A stretch of 64,000 bases of DNA from Ignisphaera sp. GTDB lineage: Archaea > Thermoproteota > Thermoprotei_A > Sulfolobales > Ignisphaeraceae. The position numbers were made by a program, and so were the translations under genes. Positions 40,709 to 51,885 of the stretch are shown here, piece by piece. Each line of letters starts with the position of its first letter. The first letter of the stretch is position 1. The notes below the pieces were generated by a model, which saw only the letters and a list, made by a program, of their open reading frames with translations, had not been told where the DNA came from and did not search any database. Location: contig JAWBDT010000001.1 of NCBI GenBank assembly GCA_038821645.1, positions 32,001 to 96,000 of the forward strand, written 5' to 3'.

Positions 40709-43594
40709 ATGAGTAATCCAGTAAAGAAATATGTATACCAATTTGAAGAAGGCGATCCTGAGAACAAGAGACTCTTTGGAGGAAAAGGTGCAAGCCTCAT
40801 AAGAATGGTTAAAGTAGGACTACCTGTTCCACCAGGTTTCATAATAACTACAGAAGCATGTGTAGATTTCTATGCCCCTAGAAAAAGTGAAGTAGACTAT
40901 ATAGAGTTCGAATTATCGAAGAATCCTCCGCCAGAAGTTCGAGACAAACTTATAGAGAATGTATGGAACATAATAAACTCTCTAAGTTTACCTAGTGGAT
41001 TATGGGAACAAGTTGTAGAAAATGTTAAAATAATTGAGCAAAAAACAGGCAAAAAATTTGGAGATCCAAACAACCCGCTACTTGTATCTGTCAGAAGTGG
41101 TGCACCTATCTCAATGCCTGGTATGATGGATACTGTCCTAAACCTTGGTCTAAATGATGAAGTTGTTGTCGGTTTAGCTAAGCTAACAGATAATGAATGG
41201 TTTGCATATGATGCTTACAGAAGATTCATCAATATGTTCGGTAAGATAGTTCTTAGTATAGACGAGAAATTATTCAATAAGGTTTTTGAAGAGCTTAACG
41301 AGAAATATGTTAAAGAGGTTACGCAGAGATTTGCAGACGAGATAGCTAATGTGAAGGCTAAGTTCCCGACTTATTCACCTAGGCTAGATGCTCAACCACC
41401 TAGAGAACTTGCACCAAATCTATGGAAGAGGTCTGTTGAGTACCTCAAGGAACTTGTAAATCAATTCAAAGCCATAGTTAAAGAGAATTGGGGAGAATTT
41501 CCACAAGATCCATGGAAACAGCTAGAGCTTGCAGTAAAGGCTGTTTTTAGATCGTGGATGAATCCGAGAGCTATTTACTACAGAATATTCAACAAGGTTA
41601 CACCAGATATAGCTCACTGTACAGCTGTAAATGTTGTCACAATGGTTTTCGGCAACATGGGATGGGATAGCGGAACTGGTGTAGTATTTACTAGAAATGT
41701 GGCTACTGGTGAAGATGAGCTTTATGGTGAGTATCTTCCAAATGCTCAAGGAGAAGATGTTGTAGCAGGTATTAGAACGCCTTTCCCAGTTGCAGAACTC
41801 AAGAAGATGTTCCCAGAACTTTATGATCAGTTGTATAAAGCATCAAAGCAGCTTGAAAGAGCACTTAAAGAAGTTCAAGACATTGAGTTTACAGTTGAGA
41901 GAGGTAAGCTCTACTTCCTACAGCATAGAGATGCCAAGATGACTCCATTAGCCAGAGTTAGAACAGCTGTAGATATGGTTAAGGAGGGTATAATAACGAA
42001 AGAAGAAGCGATACTTAAGGTTAAAGCAGAACACGTGATACAGCTTCTATACCCGAGGATAGATCCAAATGCTAAAGCTAAACCAATAGCTAAAGGATTA
42101 CCAGCTTCACCTGGAGCTGTAAGTGGGCAAGTTGTTTTCCATCCAGATGATGCTGTTGCATGGGCTAAAGAGGGTAAGAAGGTTATACTTGTCAGAATAG
42201 AGACTAAACCTGACGATGTTCACGGATTCTATGCGGCTGTAGGTATACTCACAAGTAGAGGAGGTATGACAAGTCATGCAGCTGTTGTTGCTAGAGCCAT
42301 AGGTAAAACTGCTGTTGTTGGTGCTGAAGCTCTAGATGTACATGAGGAAGAGAAGTACTTTAAGGTAGGAGATATTGTGGTTAAAGAAGGTGACTGGATC
42401 ACAATAGATGGTAACTCAGGTAATGTTTATTTAGGTATTGTTCCAACTATAGAAGGTGGCTTAATACCTGAGCTTGCAGAAATACTGAACTGGGCTGACG
42501 AAGTTAGAAAGCTAGGCGTTAGAGCTAATGCTGATGTACCTGAAGATGCTGAAGTTGCTCTTAAGTTTGGTGCAGAAGGTATTGGTCTACTTAGAATAGA
42601 GAGAATGTTTAGGAAACCCGAAAGACTAGAGCTTCTGAGAAAGGTTATACTTTCTGAATCAGTAGAAGAGAGAACTAAGTATCTAGAACCTCTAGCATCT
42701 ATGATTAAAGAAGACTTCAAAGGCATATTCAAGATAATGAATAGCAAACCTGTAATTGTACGTCTAATTGATCCACCACTTCATGAATTCTTACCTAAAG
42801 CTGAGGAAATTCTTCAAGAAATATATGAGCTAAAAGCTAGAGGAGCTCCAGAGAATGTTATAAAGGAGAAAGAGTGGTTATTGAGAAGAGTAAGAGCTTT
42901 ACAAGAAGCTAATCCAATGCTTGGTCATAGAGGTGTTAGAGTAGGTGTAACTAATCCAGAGATTTACTACTATCTATCCAAAGCAATACTAGAGGCTACA
43001 GCAGAACTAGTTAAGGAGGGATATAACCCAATAGTCGAGATAATGATTCCACAAGTATCAGATGTAAATGAAATTAGGTATGTAAAGCAAAAAGCAATAC
43101 TACCTGCTCTAGAAGATGTTGAGAAAAGATATGGAGTTAAACTAAATGTGAAGATAGGAACAATGGTTGAAACAGTTAGAGCTTGTCTAGCCATGAACGA
43201 AATAGCCAAGGAGGTAGATTTCATAAGTTTTGGAACTAACGATTTGACGCAAGCGGTTTTCAGCTTCAGTAGAGATGATGTAGAGAATAAATTCATGCCA
43301 TTCTACTTACAGGAAAAGATCTTGCCTAACAACCCATTCCAGACACTAGATGTGAAAGGTGTAGGTAAACTTATAGAGATGGCAGTAAAATCTGCTAGAG
43401 AAAATAATCCGAAGATCGAGATAGGGATTTGTGGAGAGCACGGAGGAGATCCAGACTCAATAATGTTCCTATATAAAGCAGGACTAGACTATGTATCTGC
43501 ATCACCTTTCAGAGTGCCTGTAGCAAGATTAGCAGCAGCACAAGCAACAATTAAATACACAAAGAAGGATGTAAAAGTTAGTTACGATGTATAA
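40709..43594 (+). CDS. ppdK: Pyruvate, phosphate dikinase
   Basis: GGKGA, PLLVSVRSGA, SMPGMMDT, GGMTSHAAVVAR (phospho-His), EANPMLGHRG, SFGTNDLTQ, GICGEHGG. Confidence 0.96.
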   Translation: MSNPVKKYVYQFEEGDPENKRLFGGKGASLIRMVKVGLPVPPGFIITTEACVDFYAPRKSEVDYIEFELSKNPPPEVRDKLIENVWNIINSLSLPSGLWEQVVENVKIIEQKTGKKFGDPNNPLLVSVRSGAPISMPGMMDTVLNLGLNDEVVVGLAKLTDNEWFAYDAYRRFINMFGKIVLSIDEKLFNKVFEELNEKYVKEVTQRFADEIANVKAKFPTYSPRLDAQPPRELAPNLWKRSVEYLKELVNQFKAIVKENWGEFPQDPWKQLELAVKAVFRSWMNPRAIYYRIFNKVTPDIAHCTAVNVVTMVFGNMGWDSGTGVVFTRNVATGEDELYGEYLPNAQGEDVVAGIRTPFPVAELKKMFPELYDQLYKASKQLERALKEVQDIEFTVERGKLYFLQHRDAKMTPLARVRTAVDMVKEGIITKEEAILKVKAEHVIQLLYPRIDPNAKAKPIAKGLPASPGAVSGQVVFHPDDAVAWAKEGKKVILVRIETKPDDVHGFYAAVGILTSRGGMTSHAAVVARAIGKTAVVGAEALDVHEEEKYFKVGDIVVKEGDWITIDGNSGNVYLGIVPTIEGGLIPELAEILNWADEVRKLGVRANADVPEDAEVALKFGAEGIGLLRIERMFRKPERLELLRKVILSESVEERTKYLEPLASMIKEDFKGIFKIMNSKPVIVRLIDPPLHEFLPKAEEILQEIYELKARGAPENVIKEKEWLLRRVRALQEANPMLGHRGVRVGVTNPEIYYYLSKAILEATAELVKEGYNPIVEIMIPQVSDVNEIRYVKQKAILPALEDVEKRYGVKLNVKIGTMVETVRACLAMNEIAKEVDFISFGTNDLTQAVFSFSRDDVENKFMPFYLQEKILPNNPFQTLDVKGVGKLIEMAVKSARENNPKIEIGICGEHGGDPDSIMFLYKAGLDYVSASPFRVPVARLAAAQATIKYTKKDVKVSYDV

Positions 43595-43599
43595 CATAT

Positions 43600-43612
43600 C
43601 TTCTTTTTTTAA
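43600..43612 (+). terminator. Oligo-T archaeal terminator after ppdK
   Basis: CTTCTTTTTTT just after the stop codon. Confidence 0.5.
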
Positions 43613-43678
43613 ATTAATCTTTAGATCTCTAGTCCCTGATCCAGTCTATACGTCTTTATCTATAAGTTTATATACCTT

Positions 43679-45928
43679 GTGACTTCTAGAGATCTAGGTA
43701 ATGGTGTTAGTGTATTGACTGTGGAGAATGAGATTACTTTAAGAGTTGAATCTGCTAGACAACGTGACGTTGGTAGAAAAATTGCTCGACTGCCGAGAAA
43801 AGCGTTTATAGAGCTTAAGCTAGAACCTGGTGACTACATAGAGATCAGAAGTAGTAAAGGTGTTACAGTAGCTTTAGCATGGAATGCGTATCCCGAGGAC
43901 GAGAATTACGAGATTATAAGGATTGATGGATTCATGAGAGAGGTATTGGGTGTTAGTGTAGGAGATGTTGTTAGGGTTAGAAAAGCTTATGCAGTACCTG
44001 CACAAAAGGTTATACTAGCTTTTGTTGAAGGTGATTTTCTTGGAGCTGATTATGATCCAAGATATAAGGAATATTATGCTCGTAATCTTGCTCAATATGT
44101 TAAAAGAGATCTTCTTCAGAAGCCTTTGATAAGAGGCGATATTGTTGTTGTTTCTTATTTTGGTTACTTTGGAAATCCATTGAGGCTTAGAGTTATATCA
44201 ACTATACCAAATCAGATTGTATATATTACTGAAATGACGGAGATAGTCATAAGGCCTGAGCCTGCTAGAGTTACTCCTGCTGGTGTTCCAAGAGTTACAT
44301 GGGAAGATATAGGAGATCTCGAGGAAGTTAAGGAGAAGATTAGAGAAATAGTTGAACTACCTCTAAAGCATCCAGAACTCTTCGAGAGATTAGGTATCGA
44401 GCCGCCTAAGGGTATTCTTCTCTATGGTCCTCCTGGTTGTGGAAAAACATTGTTAGCAAAAGCTCTTGCTAATGAAACAGGTGCTTACTTTATTGCTATA
44501 AATGGTCCAGAGATAATGTCTAAATACTATGGTGAATCTGAACAAAGACTTAGACAGATATTTGAAGAAGCAGAAAAGAATGCTCCAGCAATAATATTCA
44601 TAGATGAGATAGATGCTCTTGCACCTAAAAGAGAGGAGGTTGTTGGTGAGGTCGAGAAAAGAGTTGTAGCACAGCTTCTAACGCTTATGGATGGTCTTAA
44701 GGAGAGGGGTAGAGTAGTTGTTATAGGTGCTACCAACAGGCCCGAAGCTGTCGATCCCGCATTAAGGAGACCTGGTAGATTTGATAGAGAGATAGAGGTA
44801 CCTCCACCAGATAGAAGAGCTAGAAGAGAGATACTAGCGGTACATACACGAAATGTGCCTCTATCGGAAGATGTCGATCTAGATAAACTTGCGGAGATCA
44901 CTCATGGCTATACAGGTGCAGATCTATCTGCATTAGTGAAGGAAGCTGCTATGAATGCTTTAAGAAGATTTCTTAAAGGTCATGCAATAGATTTAGATAA
45001 ACCTATACCTTCAGAGCTACTTCAAAAACTTAAAGTAACAATGATGGACTTCCTTAATGCTATGCGTAATGTGGCTCCATCGCTCATGAGAGAAGTGCTT
45101 ATAGAAATACCAGAAGTTCGATGGGATGATATAGGTGGTCTTGATATTGTTAAGCAGCAGCTTAGAGAAGCAGTTGAATGGCCTTTAAAATATCCTCAAA
45201 TATTTGAGCAAGCTGGTATAAGGCCGCCTAAGGGTATTCTTCTCTATGGTCCTCCTGGTTGTGGAAAAACATTGTTAGCAAAAGCTGCAGCTACAGAAAG
45301 TGGTGCAAACTTTATTGCTGTTAAAGGGCCTGAGATTTTGAGTAAATGGGTAGGTGAATCTGAGAAAGCTATTAGAGAGATATTCAGACGTGCTAGAAGA
45401 GCTGCACCTGCTTTGATATTCTTTGACGAGATAGATGCTATAGCCGCTATGCGGGGTCATGATGTTTCAGGTGTTACAGATAGAATAGTTAATCAGCTTT
45501 TAACAGAAATGGATGGAATAGAGCCTCTCAGAGGTGTAGTTGTTATAGGTGCTACCAATAGACCTGATCTACTAGATCCAGCTCTTCTAAGACCTGGTAG
45601 ATTTGATAGAATTATCTATGTACCTCCACCAGATCTTAAAGCTAGATACGAAATTCTCAAGATACATACAAGAAAGATAGCTTTAGCGGAAGATGTTGAC
45701 CTCATTGAATTAGCTAAGATGACAGAAGGATATAGTGGAGCAGATATAGAGAATCTGGTTAGAGAAGCAGTAATGCTCGCACTTAGAGAAGATATAAGAC
45801 CTAGACCTATAAGTTATAAATACTTCAGGAAAGCTATGGAGCAAATAAAGCCTAGTCTCACAGCAGAAGGTCTTCAGGCATATGAAAGAGTTAGAGAAGA
45901 ACTGACAAGAAAAATGCTTTACATGTAA
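43679..45928 (+). CDS. cdc48: CDC48/VCP-family AAA+ ATPase
   Basis: N-domain plus two AAA modules, each with [12 protein letters not shown] and RPGRFDR. Confidence 0.96.
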   Translation: MTSRDLGNGVSVLTVENEITLRVESARQRDVGRKIARLPRKAFIELKLEPGDYIEIRSSKGVTVALAWNAYPEDENYEIIRIDGFMREVLGVSVGDVVRVRKAYAVPAQKVILAFVEGDFLGADYDPRYKEYYARNLAQYVKRDLLQKPLIRGDIVVVSYFGYFGNPLRLRVISTIPNQIVYITEMTEIVIRPEPARVTPAGVPRVTWEDIGDLEEVKEKIREIVELPLKHPELFERLGIEPPKGILLYGPPGCGKTLLAKALANETGAYFIAINGPEIMSKYYGESEQRLRQIFEEAEKNAPAIIFIDEIDALAPKREEVVGEVEKRVVAQLLTLMDGLKERGRVVVIGATNRPEAVDPALRRPGRFDREIEVPPPDRRARREILAVHTRNVPLSEDVDLDKLAEITHGYTGADLSALVKEAAMNALRRFLKGHAIDLDKPIPSELLQKLKVTMMDFLNAMRNVAPSLMREVLIEIPEVRWDDIGGLDIVKQQLREAVEWPLKYPQIFEQAGIRPPKGILLYGPPGCGKTLLAKAAATESGANFIAVKGPEILSKWVGESEKAIREIFRRARRAAPALIFFDEIDAIAAMRGHDVSGVTDRIVNQLLTEMDGIEPLRGVVVIGATNRPDLLDPALLRPGRFDRIIYVPPPDLKARYEILKIHTRKIALAEDVDLIELAKMTEGYSGADIENLVREAVMLALREDIRPRPISYKYFRKAMEQIKPSLTAEGLQAYERVREELTRKMLYM
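44401..45286 (+). repeat. 64-bp perfect direct repeat between the D1 and D2 Walker-A regions of cdc48
   Basis: 44401-44464 is identical to 45223-45286. Confidence 0.9.
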
Positions 45929-45982
45929 TCTCTTTGATTCATCAATATTTTATCTTCTTATTACATACTACTTGCGATAAGG

Positions 45983-48487
45983 TTGTGGCTAGTGTTGTCT
46001 GAGAATCTTAAGCATCTAGCGAAACGTGTGTCTAGTTACATAACAGAAAATTTCAAGGAATTTAAGTTACGTTTCAGTAAGGAGCTTAACAAAGCGTTAA
46101 ATGGTAGATATAGATTGATGATAATGCTTGCAGGTGATAATGCAGAAAGACAGGGGGTTTTGTGTGTAGATATGCTTCTATCTTACTTAAAATGGGTGAG
46201 GAATATGAAGAAGAATATAAAGATTCTTTATGTATATCATGATGAGTTTGATGATGCTCTATATAGAAGAATGATTGTCGAAAGATTCGTTAGAAGGTAT
46301 GTAAAGAAACATAGATTTGATGTAGGACTCGAGATAGCTGTTTACGAAAATTCTGAAAAGTATCTTGGCACCACATTTCATGTTCTTGTAATAGATCTTG
46401 TAAACAGTTTGAAGCCTAATGATGTTGGTAGACTTGTGAATGTGGTTGAAGGAGGAGGCATAATTATAGTTTTTACACCTAGATGGAGTGAATGGATTAA
46501 CAGAAGAAATCTTTTTCAGATGTCTTTAGCTGTTCCACAATATCCAGAACCTAGAAATGTTTTTACTAGATGGTTTCAGACAATAACTATGGTGAGCAAA
46601 GGTATCTATGTATATGATGTTGATGGAGATACTGTCGTGAAATTTGATGAAGAGGATATCCCTAGCGAAACAATAGAGCCTATATCCATTCCAAACAATA
46701 CAATATTCCCTAGAGAGCTCTATAAATTAGCATTAACACAAGATCAAGTTAACGCTATAAACATTATAGAGAATCTTATTGATAATCCCAAACATCCATA
46801 TACACGAGCGTCTGTAGTTCTTATAGCTGATAGAGGTAGAGGTAAATCTTGTGCAATAGGTATAGCGTTAGTAGGTTTGATCCACAATATGCTCAAACAT
46901 AGGAATAGGATCAGGATTGCTGTTACAGCACCAGCTGTAACTAATGTACAATCACTCATGATGCTAGCTATGAAGGCTCTCGATACTCTGGGGCTAAAGT
47001 ACGACGTTATGAAGAAAGAGGATAACGTTATCGAGCTTAAGAGTGAAAGATTTAGTATAGAATACTGGAGTCCTGCAGCTATAGTTAAACAAGATGTAGA
47101 TATTGTTGCTGTTGATGAAGCAGCTGGAATACCTGTCCCATTGCTTCACAAGATATGGTTAAGGTTTAAGAGGACAATATTTGCCACAACTATTCATGGA
47201 TACGAAGGTGCCGGTCGAGGTTTCTCTATAAGGTTTCTTAAAAAGATTAAGGAAGATCGAAAGACAAAGCTAGTGATATATGAGATGGAGGAACCTATAA
47301 GGTATAGTAGGTATGATCCTGTAGAGAGATGGGTTTTTCGTGTACTTCTTCTTGATGCAGAACCAGATGAGCTTACTGAGGAAGATTTAAAACATATAGA
47401 GAAGAAGGAATTCATATACCTCAAATTTGATGTATCAGACCTGTTTACGCTAGAGAAAGAGAATATCTTGAGAAGCTTATTTGGTATCTATGTTCTTGCA
47501 CATTACAGAAACGAGCCAGACGATCTAGGTATGATAGCTGATGCCCCTCATCATAGTGTTAGAGGCTTGGCTCTCCCTAACGGAAAGATTGTAGCAGCAG
47601 CACAACTTGCAGAAGAAGGACCTATACCAAATGACTACATAGATTCTCTATTGAGAGGAGGTAAGATACCTGGCAATATTATTCCCGATAGATTGCTTAA
47701 ACATGGTAGGTTGAGGGACATTGGTAGTGGAAGGGGATGGAGAATAGTTAGAATAGCAGTACATCCAGAAGTTCAGGGGAGAGGTATAGGTTCCTATTTC
47801 TTGACAATGTTGATCAAAGAGGCTTTAGAGAGAAACTATGATTGGATTGGGAGTGGATTTGGAGCTACTGAAGAGCTTCTCAGGTTTTGGATTAAAAACG
47901 GATTTATACCTGTGCATATTTCTCCTGACAGAAATCCTGTTAGTGCTGAATATACTGTTCTCGTGATAAAGCCTCTTACAGATACGTGGAACAAGATAGT
48001 TGAGTTACTAAACAAGGAATTCAAAATGAAGCTAATAGACAGTCTATACGATACCTATAGGGATCTAGAGATAGAGGTAGCACATATACTACTAGATACA
48101 GATTATTGTTGTAAAAAAGATGGAGAAGAATGTATAAAAACAAATGATTTTACAGCCATACAGATCGACAGACTTTTAAGTTATGTCAATGGGTATATGA
48201 CTTACGAATCATGTAACGATGTTATTGTTAGACTTGTTAAACATTACTGGCTTTCACCAAAAAGTTGTAGAGAGTTGGATAAATTTGAAGAAATGGTAAC
48301 TATAGCTAAAGTTCTACAAGGTTTGCCATGGGAGATTGTAGCAGATATTTTGCATAACAAAAAGAGCAAGATTATAGAAACTGTGAGAGAAACTGTTGCA
48401 AAGCTTACAGAGATGTTCATAGGCTTAAATAGAGAGAAAGCAGAGAAATTTCTAGGCGGAGTTACATTAGATATGTATAAGGTGTAG
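45983..48487 (+). CDS. tmcA: tRNA(Met) cytidine acetyltransferase TmcA/Nat10
   Basis: ADRGRGKS, DEAAGIP, TTIHGYEGAGRGF, EPIRY, AHYRNEPDDL, RIVRIAVHP..QGRGIG. Confidence 0.93.
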   Translation: MWLVLSENLKHLAKRVSSYITENFKEFKLRFSKELNKALNGRYRLMIMLAGDNAERQGVLCVDMLLSYLKWVRNMKKNIKILYVYHDEFDDALYRRMIVERFVRRYVKKHRFDVGLEIAVYENSEKYLGTTFHVLVIDLVNSLKPNDVGRLVNVVEGGGIIIVFTPRWSEWINRRNLFQMSLAVPQYPEPRNVFTRWFQTITMVSKGIYVYDVDGDTVVKFDEEDIPSETIEPISIPNNTIFPRELYKLALTQDQVNAINIIENLIDNPKHPYTRASVVLIADRGRGKSCAIGIALVGLIHNMLKHRNRIRIAVTAPAVTNVQSLMMLAMKALDTLGLKYDVMKKEDNVIELKSERFSIEYWSPAAIVKQDVDIVAVDEAAGIPVPLLHKIWLRFKRTIFATTIHGYEGAGRGFSIRFLKKIKEDRKTKLVIYEMEEPIRYSRYDPVERWVFRVLLLDAEPDELTEEDLKHIEKKEFIYLKFDVSDLFTLEKENILRSLFGIYVLAHYRNEPDDLGMIADAPHHSVRGLALPNGKIVAAAQLAEEGPIPNDYIDSLLRGGKIPGNIIPDRLLKHGRLRDIGSGRGWRIVRIAVHPEVQGRGIGSYFLTMLIKEALERNYDWIGSGFGATEELLRFWIKNGFIPVHISPDRNPVSAEYTVLVIKPLTDTWNKIVELLNKEFKMKLIDSLYDTYRDLEIEVAHILLDTDYCCKKDGEECIKTNDFTAIQIDRLLSYVNGYMTYESCNDVIVRLVKHYWLSPKSCRELDKFEEMVTIAKVLQGLPWEIVADILHNKKSKIIETVRETVAKLTEMFIGLNREKAEKFLGGVTLDMYKV

Positions 48488-48492
48488 CAGTA

Positions 48493-48888
48493 GTGGGTAT
48501 TAAGTGGATAGACATCATTGAGAAGATCTATAGAGAGATAGAGGATATAATGATCAACTGCCCCTTGTGTTCTTCATCCTCAAGATGTGTTGAAGAGCTT
48601 ACACAATCTCTACCAATGGGTATAAGGATACTGGGCGAATGTTGTGCTTGTGTTTTCGAAACAGTGCTAGATTCTATGCCAACAATAGATAGACTGTATA
48701 CTCATCTAGATACAGGTGATTCTATAGCTATATATGCTCTAGATGATATAATTATAGAGGTTTCTCAAACATCTGTAATGTTGGTTCCAATAACTTTGCT
48801 TACATCATATCTAGATCTTATTGATGAATCTGGCTATAGAGATACCGAGATAATAAAGAATTGGTTGAAGAATAGAGTAGAACGCTAA
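48493..48888 (+). CDS. Hypothetical Cys-rich protein
   Basis: 131 aa with CPLC...C...CCAC; starts 5 bp after tmcA. Confidence 0.6.
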   Translation: MGIKWIDIIEKIYREIEDIMINCPLCSSSSRCVEELTQSLPMGIRILGECCACVFETVLDSMPTIDRLYTHLDTGDSIAIYALDDIIIEVSQTSVMLVPITLLTSYLDLIDESGYRDTEIIKNWLKNRVER

Positions 48889-49043
48889 GGCTAATAATAT
48901 AGTGGTTTACGACTCTCTATTCTATAGATATAGATTTATTAACTACACTCTATCAATGCTGAAGTTCTCTATATAGTTCTAGTAATACTGAACGATATAG
49001 CTGAACATATAGATTCTATGTAATGTTTTGTCCTATTCTCATG

Positions 49044-49730
49044 TTATTTAATTGATTTCGGATAAACTTTGATCTCTGAAGAATCTATATCCACAATTGT
49101 GTAGAAACCTTTCGATAGAGGTCCAGGATTGATCACTATAGTTTCATTAATCCTATCTACACATCTAGATTCATGGATATGTCCACAGAATGTTGCTAGA
49201 GGTTTCGCTATCTCTATGAATCTTCTAAGGGCTGGAGATCCTACATTTTCTCCCGTATATACACGATCACAGTTGGTTTTATATGGAGGAACATGGGTAA
49301 CCAGAATAAGTTTTGATGAAGTTTTTGCATTCTTCAACTTATTGTAGATATCCATGAGCATCTTTTCTATATCTTCATCTTGTAGCTCGAATAGAGATCT
49401 GAAAGGCGTTTTGTTTGAGCCTCCTAAACCCATGAATATGTATTCTCTATACTCTATGAATCTCTTATGTAGGTTTATGAATACATTATCCACTATTTTG
49501 TTGTAGTGATCAGCTATATCGATGTTTCCTGGTACAGCTATAAACAGCTCAATTCTATATATCTTTACTATATCTATAGCTCGTTTAATAAGATCTAGAG
49601 TTTTAAACGGTGCTTGATAAGGAGCTATATCTCCTGAAAACACCACTACATCTATACCTGGTTCTTTCTCAAGAAGTGTTCTCAGTAGATCTACATAACC
49701 GTGGATATCGCTTATAGCTAATATCTTCAT
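49044..49730 (-). CDS. Calcineurin-like metallophosphoesterase
   Basis: SDIHG, GDI, PGNID, THVPP, GHIHE, NPG. Confidence 0.9.
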   Translation of the reverse strand: MKILAISDIHGYVDLLRTLLEKEPGIDVVVFSGDIAPYQAPFKTLDLIKRAIDIVKIYRIELFIAVPGNIDIADHYNKIVDNVFINLHKRFIEYREYIFMGLGGSNKTPFRSLFELQDEDIEKMLMDIYNKLKNAKTSSKLILVTHVPPYKTNCDRVYTGENVGSPALRRFIEIAKPLATFCGHIHESRCVDRINETIVINPGPLSKGFYTIVDIDSSEIKVYPKSIK

Positions 49731-50677
49731 AAACTATCACCTAATGATTCTAAATCACTGGTACTAATTCTAGATCTAGAGATAAGCAGATTTAAGCCAT
49801 CAACAGGTTCCATACGGAAAAGCTCTCTTCTATTAGCCTCAAGAAACATAGGCTCCATATTCATAAACTGTGCAGCTGTGGTGATTTGTTTACCTTTATT
49901 AATAGCTTCAGATAGAAGCTCAACTATTTTACTAGCATAGTCAAGTTCTCGACATATATGATGATCAAGTATAATGATATTTAACATATCTAGATTTATG
50001 AGATTCACAAGAAGTTTTATCGAGTTCCTAAAACTGTGATCACTATATTTATAGCCTAAGAGATATGTTGGAGGTCCATCAACTATAGCTATACTGGCCC
50101 TTTTGCAGAAGTCTATTAGGGATTTATGGTGATGTGTAGGTCCGCCTTCTATATCTGATGTATAGAGAAGAGCATTATCTCTATCCTCTATGCATATGCT
50201 GATGATGTAGCCAAGCTTATTCTCTTCGCCATGAGGTAACGGAGGCGAGAAATTTATACGTGTTTTATCTAGCTCTATAGATCTTCCATCAGCTATAGAT
50301 ATGTTTCTAGCTCTATCAGATACAATTTTAAGGAATAATGAGGCTCTAATCTTTTGAGAAACATTTATGTTGTTCATAGGGTCTTTCACATAGATAACCT
50401 TACCTCTATAGAGGTCTGGATCCATGAACCGTCCAGGATCATGATGATCGTAGTGGTAATGTGTTATCACAATTATATCGCTATCTTTAACCAGCTTCTC
50501 TATCTCGTCGAATTTCTCTAGAAGTTTTCTAGCTTCGGAGATATGTGGTGGAAGACCAAATCTTCTTGGCGCTAAAGCTGCTGAAGGATCTATGAATATA
50601 TTTGCTGAATAGGTTTGAATGAACGTGGCTTGAGATCTAATGCCCATGCTCTCGAAAGCTATGAGCTCTACATCCAT
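49727..50677 (-). CDS. UPF0282-like metallo-beta-lactamase-fold protein
   Basis: ESMGIRS, LAPRRFGLPPH, THYHYDHH, DGPPTYL, DHH. Confidence 0.85.
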   Translation of the reverse strand: MDVELIAFESMGIRSQATFIQTYSANIFIDPSAALAPRRFGLPPHISEARKLLEKFDEIEKLVKDSDIIVITHYHYDHHDPGRFMDPDLYRGKVIYVKDPMNNINVSQKIRASLFLKIVSDRARNISIADGRSIELDKTRINFSPPLPHGEENKLGYIISICIEDRDNALLYTSDIEGGPTHHHKSLIDFCKRASIAIVDGPPTYLLGYKYSDHSFRNSIKLLVNLINLDMLNIIILDHHICRELDYASKIVELLSEAINKGKQITTAAQFMNMEPMFLEANRRELFRMEPVDGLNLLISRSRISTSDLESLGDSL

Positions 50678-50689
50678 TGTATCAACCAG

Positions 50690-51100
50690 TTAACGGTCTT
50701 CTACAACGAATGTAGATAATGTGTATGCTACATCTATCTCTCCACATCTTGCGTAAGAAGATATGCTGAGTATTCGTTCACCTCTACTTAGTATACAACT
50801 TTCAATCTCTATATCGCTTAGTGTCTCGGGATGCTTTAAGAAATGTACGTTATGGTTAATGACTAGAAGTGCTTTATTACTCTGAAGAGATGTAGTTGCA
50901 AGAATTTCAGCTGTAGCTATAGTTAGCATTGATATTAATCCTCCAGGTATTTCTCCATGAGATGTAAGCACATCTGGATTAAGCTCAATCAACATCTTCA
51001 TACAATTCCTTTTAACATCTCTTGAAGATTCACGTACAGCTATAGCGTTTCTTAAAGCTAACGGAATATTGTCCAAGACTTCAGTAGACAAAGTCTGCAC
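50690..51100 (-). CDS. PaaI/hotdog-fold thioesterase-like protein
   Basis: HGEIPGG, VHFLK, RGERI patterns (degenerate). Confidence 0.6.
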   Translation of the reverse strand: MQTLSTEVLDNIPLALRNAIAVRESSRDVKRNCMKMLIELNPDVLTSHGEIPGGLISMLTIATAEILATTSLQSNKALLVINHNVHFLKHPETLSDIEIESCILSRGERILSISSYARCGEIDVAYTLSTFVVEDR

Positions 51101-51108
51101 CTCTAAAT

Positions 51109-51885
51109 CTATGTCTTGTTTATATTAATGAACTTTTCTAGAGTTAGATTAGATCTGCTCTTACCCACAAGTTCGTGGAGAGCTACAAACCTAAATCCTT
51201 CTCTATTCATTAACGCTAATGCTTCTTGAGTAATTTCAGGAGCAATTAGTATTCCCTCAACTTTGTTGTTCTGAGACAAATAGTATTCTACATATCTCTT
51301 GAGTTGAGCAACGGCTGAAACCCCAGCTTTCTCGTTCTTAACTTCAACTACAACCATTGTGTCACCTTTCTTAATCAATATATCTATCTTACCGTAAGGT
51401 GTAGGTATATCTATGCCAACTATAGAGGCATCTTCAGTTAGAGTCAAAATTTGGGGGTTTGAAACAATCAATTTAATTAAATCTGATTCTCTTCCTACAA
51501 TACTTAATTTTGTTGTTGAGAGTTTACATACCTTTATAAAGTCTATCTCTATGAACTCTATGAAAACTTCTTCATAAGGTTTATCTCTAGTAGATCTAAG
51601 CCTAAGTTTATCTCCTATGCATTCGAAGTATGATGAAGATTTCGGTGGTTGCCAATTGAGTGGATCTACACGTGTCGATTCATGAACTAATAGAGATCCA
51701 TCTGGTTTAACTATAATCATACGGTTAGCGGGATACGCATATGAAGATGCTCTACCTATATACTCTATACTTGTTTGACCAACTATAATTATAACCCACT
51801 CTTTTTTATATGTGTTAAGGATCTTAACTATAGTTGTGCAGCTAGATTCGTTGATATCGTTGCATATCTTCATGACGAAACACAT
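51109..51885 (-). CDS. nucS: Endonuclease NucS/EndoMS
   Basis: YIGRASS, IVKPDGSLLVH, PLNWQPP, GKIDIL, VEVK, QLKRY. Confidence 0.93.
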   Translation of the reverse strand: MCFVMKICNDINESSCTTIVKILNTYKKEWVIIIVGQTSIEYIGRASSYAYPANRMIIVKPDGSLLVHESTRVDPLNWQPPKSSSYFECIGDKLRLRSTRDKPYEEVFIEFIEIDFIKVCKLSTTKLSIVGRESDLIKLIVSNPQILTLTEDASIVGIDIPTPYGKIDILIKKGDTMVVVEVKNEKAGVSAVAQLKRYVEYYLSQNNKVEGILIAPEITQEALALMNREGFRFVALHELVGKSRSNLTLEKFININKT

